Below are positions 20,567-29,735 of a stretch of DNA of 64,000 nucleotides, piece by piece. Source of the DNA: Planctomycetota bacterium (GTDB taxonomy: Bacteria > Planctomycetota > B15-G4); the NCBI GenBank assembly GCA_965248575.1, contig CBDFJQ010000002.1:1248001-1312000 (forward strand). The letters are read 5' to 3'. The translations under genes and the position numbers were made by a program. Position 1 is the stretch's first letter. The number at the start of each line of letters is the position of its first letter. The notes beneath the pieces are model-generated. The model did no database searches and was not told the DNA's origin. It saw only the letters and a program-made list of their open reading frames with translations.

Positions 20567-21756
20567 TGTCGCAGACGATCAGCGGCCTCGCGGCAACGGT
20601 CAAGCGACGGCACCATGGCGAAGCGCACCATGCCGTCTCCGGGCTGCCGCGACACACCCACCACAGGGTCAGCCAACCACTCGCCCGGCATCACCGCCAG
20701 GCCCGGTGACTCCGTCAACAACTGGCGCGCATACTCCAGGCCTGTCAGCCCGTCCGGAACCGCCACCCAGAGGAAGAACCCAGCCTCAGGTCTGGGGACT
20801 TGGCAGCCGCGGCTCTCGAGCACGGGCCTCAAGACATCGATCCGCCGGCCATACTCCTCGCGTGCCTGTGCCGGGGCACGCTCGTCGGCCAACGCCGCGA
20901 TGGCCGCGTCTTGAATGAAGGCCGGGGTGCCCGAGTCGATGTTCAGTTTCAACTGTCGGTAGGTGCTCACGGCCTCGGGGTCGCCGGCCACGAAGCCAAC
21001 CCGGTAGCCCGTCATGGCGGCGCGCTTGCTGAGCGACTGGAACACGAGCACACCGTCCGAGCCCGTTTCCAAGGCCGAGTGCACAGGATCCCCAAGCCAG
21101 AGCTCGCTGTAGGCCTCATCCGAGCAGAGCAGCACCCCCCGCTCGCGGCACTGGTCAGCCAAGCGTTGCAAGGCAGCCAGCGACGCCGCCCTCCCAGTAG
21201 GGACATGGGGCTGAGTGATCCAGACGACCTTCAGCGCGGCGGTGTCCTCTGCATCCAGCTCGTCCAGGTCCGGCAGGGTCGACCCTTCACTTGAGACGGC
21301 ATAGGTCACGACCCGACCGCCCGCCAGGGCAGTGCCTCGCCCGTACGGCGGGTAGCCCGGCGACGGCACCAACACCACCTCACCGGGGTCGACAAAGGCG
21401 AGCGGCAGATGGAAGACGGCTTCCTTGCTGCCCACGCTCGAGGTGACTCCTGACGTCGGATCCACACGCACGCCGTGGCGACGATCGAACCATGCTGCAG
21501 CTGCTGCACGAAACTCCGGGCTCCCGTGATAGGAGGGATAGCCGGACCGCCGATGCTTCTCGAGACCGTCGCGGGCAGCGTCGAGCACGACATCCGGAGT
21601 GGGCTCCGTCGGATCGCCAACCCCGAAGTCGATGACGTCCACGCCGGCCGCCCGTTGCTCATCCCGCAGGCGATCCAGCTCATCAAAGGCATAGCCGGAC
21701 AGTGCCGCGAGTCGTTGCGCTGGACGAGCCGCGCGCCTAGGCCTTGGGCCAGTCAT
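20560..21756 (-). CDS. class I/II PLP aminotransferase (DapC/DapL-like)
   Basis: DFGVGDP, GSKEA, PGYPPY, SDEAYSE, SLSKRAAMTGYRVGF (PLP Lys). Confidence 0.88.
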   Translation of the reverse strand: MTGPRPRRAARPAQRLAALSGYAFDELDRLRDEQRAAGVDVIDFGVGDPTEPTPDVVLDAARDGLEKHRRSGYPSYHGSPEFRAAAAAWFDRRHGVRVDPTSGVTSSVGSKEAVFHLPLAFVDPGEVVLVPSPGYPPYGRGTALAGGRVVTYAVSSEGSTLPDLDELDAEDTAALKVVWITQPHVPTGRAASLAALQRLADQCRERGVLLCSDEAYSELWLGDPVHSALETGSDGVLVFQSLSKRAAMTGYRVGFVAGDPEAVSTYRQLKLNIDSGTPAFIQDAAIAALADERAPAQAREEYGRRIDVLRPVLESRGCQVPRPEAGFFLWVAVPDGLTGLEYARQLLTESPGLAVMPGEWLADPVVGVSRQPGDGMVRFAMVPSLDRCREAADRLRQW

Positions 21757-21812
21757 CGAAAGGAAGCCTCCACGGAAGAATCAAGGTGATCGACACGCGC
21801 TAGAGCGCGCCT

Positions 21813-22223
21813 TCATGGATGCTCAGCGATCCATTCCTCACCATCCGAATAGCGTTCCTTCTTCCAGATCGGAACGCGTTCCTTGAGCGTGTCGATGAGC
21901 CAGCGACAGGCGGCGAAGGCCTCCGGACGATGCACGGCCGAGACGGCGATGGCGACTGCCGCATCTCCGATCTCCAGTCGCCCCACCCGATGCACGAGCG
22001 CGACCTTGACGGCCCCCTTCTCGCGGCAGGCCACCTCCGCAAGGGCCTTCATTTCTGCCTCGGCCATGGACCCATACGCCTCGTAGTCGAGGCGCGTCAC
22101 ATCGCGGGCCCGTGAGTGGTTGCGAACGCGCCCTACAAAAAGGGTCACGGCCCCCTCGCCCTCCCCCTCGACACTGCGCAAGACTGCATCCAGGTCGATG
22201 GCATCGGCTGTGACCTGGATCAT
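21813..22223 (-). CDS. moaE: molybdopterin synthase catalytic subunit
   Basis: GAVTLFVGRVRN, LDYEAY, HRVGRL, LKERVPIWKKE. Confidence 0.95.
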   Translation of the reverse strand: MIQVTADAIDLDAVLRSVEGEGEGAVTLFVGRVRNHSRARDVTRLDYEAYGSMAEAEMKALAEVACREKGAVKVALVHRVGRLEIGDAAVAIAVSAVHRPEAFAACRWLIDTLKERVPIWKKERYSDGEEWIAEHP

Positions 22224-22224
22224 T

Positions 22225-22458
22225 TCAGCCTCCCGAGACCGGGGGAATCAGCGCGATCTCATCCTCGCAACGGACAGGAGACTCGTCCGCCACGTAGCTC
22301 TGATTGACCGCGACGCGATAGCTCGCCCCCTGAAGGGCGGGCCAGCGCGACTCGAGCTCGCACTTCAGCTCCTCGACGGTCTGAGGCCACGGTGCCTGCA
22401 AGAGAAGGCTGGATTCCTTGAGCAGCTCTGCCAGGCCTGCGAACAAGAGGATGCGCAT
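22225..22458 (-). CDS. moaD: molybdopterin synthase sulfur carrier
   Basis: MRILLFAGLAE...VAVNQSY...DEIALIPPVSGG C-terminal GG; adjacent to moaE. Confidence 0.92.
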   Translation of the reverse strand: MRILLFAGLAELLKESSLLLQAPWPQTVEELKCELESRWPALQGASYRVAVNQSYVADESPVRCEDEIALIPPVSGG

Positions 22459-22507
22459 CTTCCCAGTCGAGTTGCTGGCCGAGGTGCTAGCCGAGGGGTC
22501 GGCCACG

Positions 22508-22975
22508 TCAGAAGGGAACTTCGTCGAAGCCTTCCATGCCGCCACTCTGGTCGAATCCACCAGACTGTGGTTGCTGTTGCTGCTGGGGAGGCGCGCCGCG
22601 ACTTGCACCGCCGCCGCCACCACCACCGGCACCGTCCTTGCGACCACCCACGAACTCGAAATTCTCTCCCGTGACGGAGAGCTTGCTGCGCTTCTCCCCT
22701 TCCTTGGTCTGCCATTGGCGGAAGGACAGGCGACCCTCGATGAAGATGGGGTCACCGCGATGGAAGTATTGGGCCACGACCTCGCCCTTACGCCCCCAGA
22801 ACGACACGTCGACGAAGGTCACCTCTTCCTTCTTCTCGCCACCAGGTCCACCCACCGTGTAGGTGCGGTTGGACGCGATGCCCACTTCGGTGACCGCTTG
22901 CCCGCTGGGCAGGGTCCGGACTTCGGGATCCCGGGTCAGGTTTCCCATCAGCAGGACTTTGTTGTAACTCGCCAT
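22508..22975 (-). CDS. ssb: single-stranded DNA-binding protein
   Basis: NKVLLMGNLTRDPE OB fold; Gly/Gln linker; acidic tail DEVPF. Confidence 0.97.
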   Translation of the reverse strand: MASYNKVLLMGNLTRDPEVRTLPSGQAVTEVGIASNRTYTVGGPGGEKKEEVTFVDVSFWGRKGEVVAQYFHRGDPIFIEGRLSFRQWQTKEGEKRSKLSVTGENFEFVGGRKDGAGGGGGGGASRGAPPQQQQQPQSGGFDQSGGMEGFDEVPF

Positions 22976-23025
22976 CGGTGTCTTCCTCTCTGCGGGGTCT
23001 GTGCGGGATCACCGCTGAGACCCAG

Positions 23026-23068
23026 GTCTCGTGATTGTCTCGTGATTGTCTCGTGACTGAAATCGTGA
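23026..23068. repeat. 11-bp tandem repeat GTCTCGTGATT x3 plus partial copy
   Basis: Units at 23026, 23037 and 23048 (third has one mismatch); TCGTGA core also at 23063. Confidence 0.9.
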
Positions 23069-23078
23069 AGCGGAACCA

Positions 23079-23184
23079 GGGCAGGGCCCAGTCAGGCTCG
23101 GACCCCATCCGGCAGATGGAGCCCGTGAAAGGGCCTTGGACCCGCCCGACAAGACGGCCAGCTCAGCTGGTCGCTTGCCGTATC
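23079..23184 (-). ncRNA. candidate structured 5' leader RNA of ssb
   Basis: -10-like TACAAT at 23196-23191 on minus; two long imperfect hairpins; G-U pairs in the larger one favour the minus strand. Confidence 0.4.
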
Positions 23185-23328
23185 CGGCTCATTGTATGGA
23201 CAGTGTTCCCTGCATTCCTCCCCCCCGTCCATCCTGCGGTCTGGAATTTCGGCCGGACGGTCGTACTGTGACGGACACGATCGCGCGACGTGACGCGAGT
23301 TGCCACCTCCTTGGCCCCGGATGGACCC

Positions 23329-23691
23329 ATGACCGACAACAAGCGCTCCCTGGAACGCCGCCTGCACACCCGCTTCAACCTGGACGGCGTCGTCGACCTG
23401 GGCACGGGCGCCAAGGGCGCCGCCGTGCTCCGGGACATCAGTATGTCGGGCCTGGCGTGCCTTTCACCCGCAGCCTTTGACGAAATGGCCATCCTCGAGA
23501 TCAACATCAAACTGCCCATGGAGAGCCAGGAGCCAATGGACTTCAAGGCCGGGGGCGCCGTGGTCCGCAGCGAGCAGCAAGGGGATCAGTACCTGGTGGC
23601 GGTGTTCTTCACGCACATGGATGACGCCAATCGCCAGGCGCTGGAGAGCTTCATCGCGGCCAAGGGCGACGACGACAAGGTCCAGAGCTGA
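23329..23691 (+). CDS. single-domain PilZ protein (c-di-GMP receptor)
   Basis: ERRLHTR (RxxxR) and DISMSG (DxSxxG) motifs. Confidence 0.88.
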   Translation: MTDNKRSLERRLHTRFNLDGVVDLGTGAKGAAVLRDISMSGLACLSPAAFDEMAILEINIKLPMESQEPMDFKAGGAVVRSEQQGDQYLVAVFFTHMDDANRQALESFIAAKGDDDKVQS

Positions 23692-23734
23692 GGCTGGAGG
23701 CCTTCCGGGGCTCCCCCGGGGTTCAGCTCGGGGT

Positions 23735-24646
23735 TCAGCTCGAACGCTGCGGAGCGCCCCGTGGGCGGGATGCCCGCACGACCCGGCCCGTGCCTGCCAG
23801 GTCCGGCGTCACGGCCACGCTCACCCAGCCCCGGGCGCGCAGCTGCCTGGACAGGGGCTCAGCCTGACCCTGACCCACCTCGGTCACGAGCCAACCGCCG
23901 GCCGTCAGGACCCGCTCGGCTTCGCAGATGAGGCCGGTGGAGTGCTGCTCGGGCGTTTCCGACTCGGGCACCAGGGCTCGCCGAGGTTCGTGGAGCCGTA
24001 CGTCCGCGTCGAGACCCGCATGCTCCTGCTCCCGGACATAGGGCGGGTTGGCCACCACGGCCGCCAGGGAAGCCGTTTGAAAGCACTTGAGGCAGTCGCC
24101 TTGGACCAGGTGCACCCGTCGGCGCAGGGCGCGCCTTGAACCGGGCTCCGGGACTCCCTCCAGCTCACCTCCCTGCATCCGATTGTGCTGCGCCACCTGC
24201 AGGGCTCCGGACGACAGCTCCACGCCCACGACGGTTGCAGCCACGTGCCCGGCCAGGGTCAGTGCCAGGGCACCGCTCCCCGTCCCGCGATCCACGATGG
24301 GGCCCTCGGGCAACTCGCCCGACTTCGAGAGCGCCAGCACCACATCCACGACATGTTCCGTCTCGGGCCGCGGGATGAGCACCCGCTCATCCACGAACAG
24401 TTCGAGGTCGTAGAAGGCGCGACGCCCCACCAGGTAGGCCACCGGCCGAGCCGTGCGGACCCGCTCGCCCACGAGGGCGCGGAAGCGCTCGACCTCCTGG
24501 CCCGAGACCAGTTCGACGGCGAACAGCGATGACCGCTCGACACCCAGGACGAAGGCCAGGAGCACCTCGGCTTCGAGCCGAGCGCCCGATCCATCACCGG
24601 CACGCTCCTGCAGAGCCTGGGCGGCCCACCGGAGCAGCTCGTTCAT
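23735..24646 (-). CDS. prmC: release factor glutamine methyltransferase
   Basis: PVAYLVG, VLIPRPETE, DRGTGSG, NPPY. Confidence 0.93.
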   Translation of the reverse strand: MNELLRWAAQALQERAGDGSGARLEAEVLLAFVLGVERSSLFAVELVSGQEVERFRALVGERVRTARPVAYLVGRRAFYDLELFVDERVLIPRPETEHVVDVVLALSKSGELPEGPIVDRGTGSGALALTLAGHVAATVVGVELSSGALQVAQHNRMQGGELEGVPEPGSRRALRRRVHLVQGDCLKCFQTASLAAVVANPPYVREQEHAGLDADVRLHEPRRALVPESETPEQHSTGLICEAERVLTAGGWLVTEVGQGQAEPLSRQLRARGWVSVAVTPDLAGTGRVVRASRPRGAPQRSS

Positions 24647-24672
24647 GGCACCTCGCTCAAGGCCAGAAGCCG

Positions 24673-25596
24673 TCAGCGGCGACGACTCCGTGAGCGGCTG
24701 GACTTGGCCGGTTCGGAATCGGCCTTGCTCGCCCCGTCGTCGGCGACTGCATCACCCTTTTCGTCGCTGGTGGAGGAGGCAGCGGCTTCGTCGGCCTGCT
24801 TGCCCTTCTTCTTGTCCTTGGCCTTCGACTTGTCCTTGCCCTTGCCCTTGGAGTCCGGCGCACCCTTGTCGCGTGCTCCACGGCGAGCGGCACCCTTGTC
24901 GTCCTTCTTGGTGTAGACCTTGCCCAGCAGGAACAGGAAACCGACGGCCACGAAGCCAGAACCGGCGAGGGTCAGCATCACGCCGCTGCCCGCCACCTCG
25001 AACAGCTCGCCGATCTTGTCTAGCGCGCTCTCCGACTCCAGCTTGTCCCAGGCATCCAGGGTTCGCATCAGCGACACGGCGGCGGGCTCAAGCATCAGGA
25101 AGACGGGCAGGATCTTCTGCCGCCTGGTGTAGATGCCGTAGCAGGAGGAGAAGAGCAGGTACAGGCCCAGCAGCAGGGAGATGGCGCCGGCGGGCGTCTC
25201 GTAGCCAGCGACACCGGGCATGCTCCGAACCACTTCCACCAGCGCACCGTCAACGCCATTGGGGTCGGGCACCGTGTCCGTCACGGGTCCCCAGGGCAGC
25301 AGGCAGCCGATGACGACCATCAGGGCGCAGCCGAAGAAGCGGTACAGCTCCTTGTGCGCCGTTCCGGAGAAGAACACCGCGAGGAAGGAGGGCGGCGGCG
25401 GAGCAGCGGCGAACTGCCACACCCACTGGCCAGCACCAGGGTCGGTCCCCGAGTCGGCACCGGGGTCCGCACCGGGGTCGGCACTGGTGTCAGCGGCGGC
25501 GTCGCCAGACGCTGTCTCGGGAGCAGCCTCCGACACGAGCTCGAGTTCGAGTTCAGGTTCCGACTCGTGGTCCTTGTTGCTGTCAACGTCAGTCAC
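24673..25596 (-). CDS. hypothetical membrane protein
   Basis: Acidic N-terminus with DPGA repeats, about 4 hydrophobic segments, Lys/Arg-rich C-terminus; starts 2 nt after the prfA stop. Confidence 0.7.
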   Translation of the reverse strand: MTDVDSNKDHESEPELELELVSEAAPETASGDAAADTSADPGADPGADSGTDPGAGQWVWQFAAAPPPPSFLAVFFSGTAHKELYRFFGCALMVVIGCLLPWGPVTDTVPDPNGVDGALVEVVRSMPGVAGYETPAGAISLLLGLYLLFSSCYGIYTRRQKILPVFLMLEPAAVSLMRTLDAWDKLESESALDKIGELFEVAGSGVMLTLAGSGFVAVGFLFLLGKVYTKKDDKGAARRGARDKGAPDSKGKGKDKSKAKDKKKGKQADEAAASSTSDEKGDAVADDGASKADSEPAKSSRSRSRRR

Positions 25597-25598
25597 GT

Positions 25599-26675
25599 TC
25601 AGGGGGCTCCTTCACCAAGCGCGGCGAGTTTCAACTCCATGTCACGGCACCGCAGATCCTCGACAAGGGTGTCGAGCTTGCCCAGGCCCACCGTATCGAG
25701 ACTGTAGTTCGTCTTGATCCGATGGTCCGTGACGCGGTTCTGCGGGTAGTTGTACGTCCGAATGCGCTCCGAACGATCCCCAGATCCTATCTGGGATCGA
25801 CGGGCTGTGTCCTGTTCGTCCTTGCGGGCCTGTTCCTGCGCCTCGTGTATGCGGGCCCGCAGCATGCGCATGGCCCGGGCCTTGTTCTTGTGCTGGCTGG
25901 ACTCATCCTGGCACTGCACCACCGTGTTTGTGGGCACGTGGGTGATCCGGACCGCGCTGGAGGTCTTGTTGACGTTCTGTCCACCGGGGCCGCTGGCACG
26001 GTAGGTATCGATGCGCAGGTCGCTGTCCTGGACCTCGACATCCACCTCGTCCACCTCCGCCAGGACCGCCACGGTCACGGCCGATGTGTGGATCCGGCCC
26101 TGAGCCTCCGTTTCGGGCACCCGCTGCACCCGATGCCCTCCGGCCTCGTAGCGAAACAGGTCCCAGGCCCGCTCGCCCGAGATGGAGAGCGTGATCTCCT
26201 TGTAGCCGCCCACCTCCGTGGGGTGACTGGTGAGCACCTCCTGCTTGAGCTTGTTGGCCTCGATGAAGCGGGAATAGATGCGCATCAGGTCAGCGACGAA
26301 GAGCGAGGCTTCGTCACCGCCGGCGCCTGCCCGGATCTCGAGCAGCACAGAGCGGCCTCGATTGGGCTCATCATCGACGATCTGCTGTCGCATCTCGTCG
26401 TTCATGAGCTGCTGGGCGGCCTCGACCTCGACGAGTTCCTCGCGAGCCATCTCCACCAGCTCGGCGTCGGTCTCCTCGTCGATCATCTCGCGCGCCTTCT
26501 GCGCGCGGTCTTCCAGGTCAGCCCAGCGGCCGTAGGCTTCGGCCTTCTCGCGCAAGGCACCCATCTCGCGCACCACGGCCGACATCCGCCCCGCCTGGTT
26601 GTGCAGGTCCGGATTCTGGAGCTCAGCCTCAAGCTCGTTGTAGCGCGTCGCACACTGTTTCAGACGGGAGAACAT
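25599..26675 (-). CDS. prfA: peptide chain release factor 1
   Basis: [22 protein letters not shown] (PxT), [24 protein letters not shown]. Confidence 0.97.
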   Translation of the reverse strand: MFSRLKQCATRYNELEAELQNPDLHNQAGRMSAVVREMGALREKAEAYGRWADLEDRAQKAREMIDEETDAELVEMAREELVEVEAAQQLMNDEMRQQIVDDEPNRGRSVLLEIRAGAGGDEASLFVADLMRIYSRFIEANKLKQEVLTSHPTEVGGYKEITLSISGERAWDLFRYEAGGHRVQRVPETEAQGRIHTSAVTVAVLAEVDEVDVEVQDSDLRIDTYRASGPGGQNVNKTSSAVRITHVPTNTVVQCQDESSQHKNKARAMRMLRARIHEAQEQARKDEQDTARRSQIGSGDRSERIRTYNYPQNRVTDHRIKTNYSLDTVGLGKLDTLVEDLRCRDMELKLAALGEGAP

Positions 26676-26702
26676 CTCGGCCCCGTCAGATGGCAGCGCG
26701 GA

Positions 26703-26930
26703 TCAGGATTCCGTCTTCGCGGCGTCTCCGCCACGGTTGCCGTAGCGACGACGGAACTTCTCGATGCGACCGGCGGTGTCCACGAACTTCTGCTGCCCCG
26801 TGTAGAAGGGGTGGCAGGCGCTGCAGATCTCGACGTTGATCTTCGGCTGCGTGGAGTGAGTCATGAAGACGCTGCCACAACCGCACGTCACCGTGCACTC
26901 GATGTAGTCGGGGTGAATTTCAGCCTTCAT
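26703..26930 (-). CDS. rpmE: 50S ribosomal protein L31 (Zn-binding type)
   Basis: [13 protein letters not shown]...[20 protein letters not shown]. Confidence 0.96.
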   Translation of the reverse strand: MKAEIHPDYIECTVTCGCGSVFMTHSTQPKINVEICSACHPFYTGQQKFVDTAGRIEKFRRRYGNRGGDAAKTES

Positions 26931-27018
26931 GACGCTCCTGACCTCTGGTTGATCGCCCCGGGAAGGAAACATTCCGCTCCGAAGCGAGCCCTGCATTCTA
27001 GGAAGCCTGCCCTGACGA

Positions 27019-27573
27019 TCAAGGGGGCACCCCGCCCGGAGCTCCTAACAGAGGCTGAGCCAGGGCTCGCAGCTCGGGGGAGATGTCGATCACGTCACCC
27101 GGCCCGAAGCCGGCCTCGGCACACCAACCTGCCTTCATCTCCAGCACGAACTGCGCTGGCGCCGTGCTCTGGCAGCGTGGAATCTCCACCCCGGGGCGCC
27201 CTCGAACGATGTTGATGACCGCCCCTTGCGAGTCCAGGAAGGCGATATCCAGGGCGATCAGGGTGTTCTTCATCCAGAAACTCCGGGGTTGGGAGTCCGT
27301 GAACAGGAACAGCATGCCGTGATCGGGCTCGAGCCTCGTCCGCGCCATGAGGCCGCGCTGGCGGCTCTCGTTGGTGTAGGCCAATTCGACTGTGACGTGG
27401 AGCCTTGCCACCTCAAGTTCGGCGCTCTTGGGAGCCTTGAGGGCGGACTTGTGGGGTGCGAGACGCGGCTTGTCCTGCCCGCTACAGGCAACCAGCCAGA
27501 ACACGCTCAGGAGCGCCAAGGCGAGTCCCCGCGAGGCCCGGCCCCCCAGCCCTCCAGAATCCTGTCGGTTCAT
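27019..27573 (-). CDS. DUF192 family lipoprotein
   Basis: LVACS lipobox-like; [32 protein letters not shown]. Confidence 0.88.
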   Translation of the reverse strand: MNRQDSGGLGGRASRGLALALLSVFWLVACSGQDKPRLAPHKSALKAPKSAELEVARLHVTVELAYTNESRQRGLMARTRLEPDHGMLFLFTDSQPRSFWMKNTLIALDIAFLDSQGAVINIVRGRPGVEIPRCQSTAPAQFVLEMKAGWCAEAGFGPGDVIDISPELRALAQPLLGAPGGVPP

Positions 27574-28223
27574 CACGCGCTCTTCCCTGCTCCAGTGGGA
27601 TGTTCCCATCGACGGCCCAGCTCCAGAACCAAAGCCATGGGCAAGCCAATCACCGTATCCATCTGCCCCGAAATCAGGTGGGCAAAGTCACCCCCATCTC
27701 CTTGGATGGCGTAGGCCCCTGCCTTTCCCTGCCACTCGTCGGAGTCGAGGTAGCGCTCCAGCTGCTGATCTGAGAGCTGATCGAAGCGCACCTCACTGAC
27801 GTGAACGCCTGATTCGAGCCGCCCGCTCGCGAGCTCCAAGAGGGCCACGGAGCTGGCCACGCGATGGGTGTTGCCGGAGAGCTTGCGCAACATCGATTCG
27901 GCATCGGAGCGACCCTCGGGCTTGCCGAAGAGTTCGCCGTCCAGCTCGACGATGGTGTCGCCCGCCAGGATGCCACGGCTCCGCTTGAACTCAGGCCGCC
28001 CCGCCGCTAGCTGGGAGGCGCTGAGCGCCTTCTCCACAGCAAGACGCTCAGCACACTGCAGCGGCGACTCGCCGGCGACGGCGCGCTCGTCGATGTCAGC
28101 CGGAAGGATCTCGTGCGCCCAGCCCGCAGCTTGCAGGATATCCCTGCGGCGCGGCGAGGCGGAGGCGAGGACGAGGGGTGCAAGACATGCTGGGCACCCA
28201 CTCGTCCGCGCCCGCTCCGACAT
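27573..28223 (-). CDS. maf: Maf-family nucleotide pyrophosphatase
   Basis: LVLASASPRR, AGDTIV, GKP, GKAGAYAIQG, VIGLP. Confidence 0.93.
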   Translation of the reverse strand: MSERARTSGCPACLAPLVLASASPRRRDILQAAGWAHEILPADIDERAVAGESPLQCAERLAVEKALSASQLAAGRPEFKRSRGILAGDTIVELDGELFGKPEGRSDAESMLRKLSGNTHRVASSVALLELASGRLESGVHVSEVRFDQLSDQQLERYLDSDEWQGKAGAYAIQGDGGDFAHLISGQMDTVIGLPMALVLELGRRWEHPTGAGKSA

Positions 28224-28225
28224 CG

Positions 28226-29203
28226 TCAGGCCAACAGCTCCTTCAGGGCCCCGGGCCAGTCGGGCTGATCCAGATCGCCCAGCTGGTTCAGGTGGGCCTG
28301 CACTGCCGTCGCCTGCCCGGGAGCGAGCAACTCGCTCAACTCCTTGCGGACCTTGGCCACGGCGGCAGACTCGGTGATGCCGAAAGTCTGGCAGACCTGC
28401 GCCATCTCAGGGCTCACGAGCACGAGCTTCTGCTCACCTGACATCCACTGGGACAAAGCGTAGGCGTTGTGGAGCCCCAGGTCGTCGATGTCCTCGAGGT
28501 ACTCGATCTGCCCCTTGGGCTTCTCATCAGCCAGGAACTCCAGGCTCACCTCGTTGCGGTCGTTGTAGATCTGATCCAGCATCTCGCGGATCCGCTCGCA
28601 GCGCTCCACCAGCTTCCGGATCGTGGCAGCCTTGCTCGAGTTGGACATGAGGCGCGACAGCTCGGAGGGCCGCGAGAGGCGGACGTCGTTCCAGTCGACA
28701 AAGTCCTCCCGCAGCGACTTCATCGCACGCTCGGTGGACGCCTGAGAGCCCCCCTCCCGCAGCACCAGGTACACCGCCTTTTCGACGGTGCTCTGGGTGT
28801 CATCTGGCAGGTTGACAGCCCCGAAGGCGCGCTCCAGCTTCTCCAGCACTGCGGCCAACATCGTCTTCGGGTTGACCTTGCGCCTCTTGGCAGCTGGCTT
28901 GCTCGGCGCCTTGGCTGGCTCGGCCTTCGGCTTGGCTGCCTTGGGCGCGGGCTTGGCCGCTGCTGCCTTTGCTGCGGGTGCCGCCTTCGCAGGGCTTTTC
29001 TTGCCCTTGGGTGCAGCCGGTGCCTTCTTGGGCGTGGCCTTCTTGGGCGCAGCCTTCTTGCCAGCCGCCTTCTTGCCAGCCGCCTTCTTGCCAGCCGCCT
29101 TCTTGGGCGTGGCCTTCTTGGCTGCCGGTTTCTTGGCCGCTTTGGGCGCAGCCTTCTTGCCGCTGGCCTTCTTTCGTGTACCTGCCTTGGTCGCCGCGCT
29201 CAT
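28226..29203 (-). CDS. histone-H1-like tail fused to a degenerate HhH-GPD (endonuclease III-like) domain
   Basis: About 110-aa KKAA/PAKA-rich N-terminus; LREDFVDWNDVRLSRPSEL segment typical of HhH-GPD homologs. Confidence 0.7.
   Translation of the reverse strand: MSAATKAGTRKKASGKKAAPKAAKKPAAKKATPKKAAGKKAAGKKAAGKKAAPKKATPKKAPAAPKGKKSPAKAAPAAKAAAAKPAPKAAKPKAEPAKAPSKPAAKRRKVNPKTMLAAVLEKLERAFGAVNLPDDTQSTVEKAVYLVLREGGSQASTERAMKSLREDFVDWNDVRLSRPSELSRLMSNSSKAATIRKLVERCERIREMLDQIYNDRNEVSLEFLADEKPKGQIEYLEDIDDLGLHNAYALSQWMSGEQKLVLVSPEMAQVCQTFGITESAAVAKVRKELSELLAPGQATAVQAHLNQLGDLDQPDWPGALKELLA
29052..29105. repeat. 15-bp tandem repeat GCCTTCTTGCCAGCC (~3.6 copies) encoding KKAAG
   Basis: Exact copies at 29052, 29067 and 29082; partial at 29097. 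Confidence 0.9.
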
Positions 29204-29214
29204 GAACGCTCCGG

Positions 29215-29595
29215 TTAACTCTCAGACTCGGGTGCAGCGCCCTCGGTGGATTCCTCGGAGGCAGCAGCTGCTTCCGGGGCATCCGTCGACTCGACTGCGG
29301 GCTCTGCAGCCACGACAACCGGCTCGTCCTCGGGCACCGGGCCGTCCTTGCGCACACCAAAGCGACGCAGGATCGACGCAACGGTCTCCGAGGGCTGAGC
29401 ACCCACCGTGAGCCAGTAGTGCGCGCGCTGGCGCTTCAGCTTGACCTTCTGGTCCCAATCAGCGCCGCGCGGGTCGTAGGACCCGAGTTCTTCAACGGGT
29501 GCACCATCCCGGCGCGTGCGACCGTCAAAAACACAAATACGATAGAAGGGGCGGTTCCTGCGTCCCGTCCGCTTGAGGCGAATCCTCACTGCCAT
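29215..29595 (-). CDS. rpsP: 30S ribosomal protein S16
   Basis: MAVRIRLKRTGRRNRPFYRI...RDG..VEELGSYDP...GAQPSETV; acidic tail. Confidence 0.96.
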   Translation of the reverse strand: MAVRIRLKRTGRRNRPFYRICVFDGRTRRDGAPVEELGSYDPRGADWDQKVKLKRQRAHYWLTVGAQPSETVASILRRFGVRKDGPVPEDEPVVVAAEPAVESTDAPEAAAASEESTEGAAPESES

Positions 29596-29687
29596 GGGTT
29601 TGACTCCGTCGGTTCGTTGCGTCGCCACGCCCACACGGCGCGCGACACGATCTTGAGTTGGTTGATTGTTCGGTGGTTTGTTTTGTT

Positions 29688-29723
29688 TGTGTGCTGGCTA
29701 CCGGCTGTGTACTGGCTACCGGC
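29688..29723. repeat. 18-bp tandem duplication TGTGT(G/A)CTGGCTACCGGC x2
   Basis: Copies at 29688-29705 and 29706-29723 in the ffh-rpsP spacer. Confidence 0.85.
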
Positions 29724-29735
29724 GCGCCGAGTCGT

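Noticed and set aside
23026..23068. CRISPR array (also considered for 29052-29105 and 29688-29723)
   Set aside because: Units are 11-18 bp, abut without spacers, and no cas genes are present
22976..23110. Moco riboswitch upstream of ssb-moaD-moaE
   Set aside because: Only UCCGAGC matches; the GGAAAC and CUCCCG..GGAAAGG elements are missing
23097..23135. Resemblance to 5S rRNA (GACCCCAT..CCG...GTGAAA) or a hammerhead GAAA
   Set aside because: Spacing and flanks do not match 5S (no CCGAAC, no GAUGGUAG); no CUGANGA core
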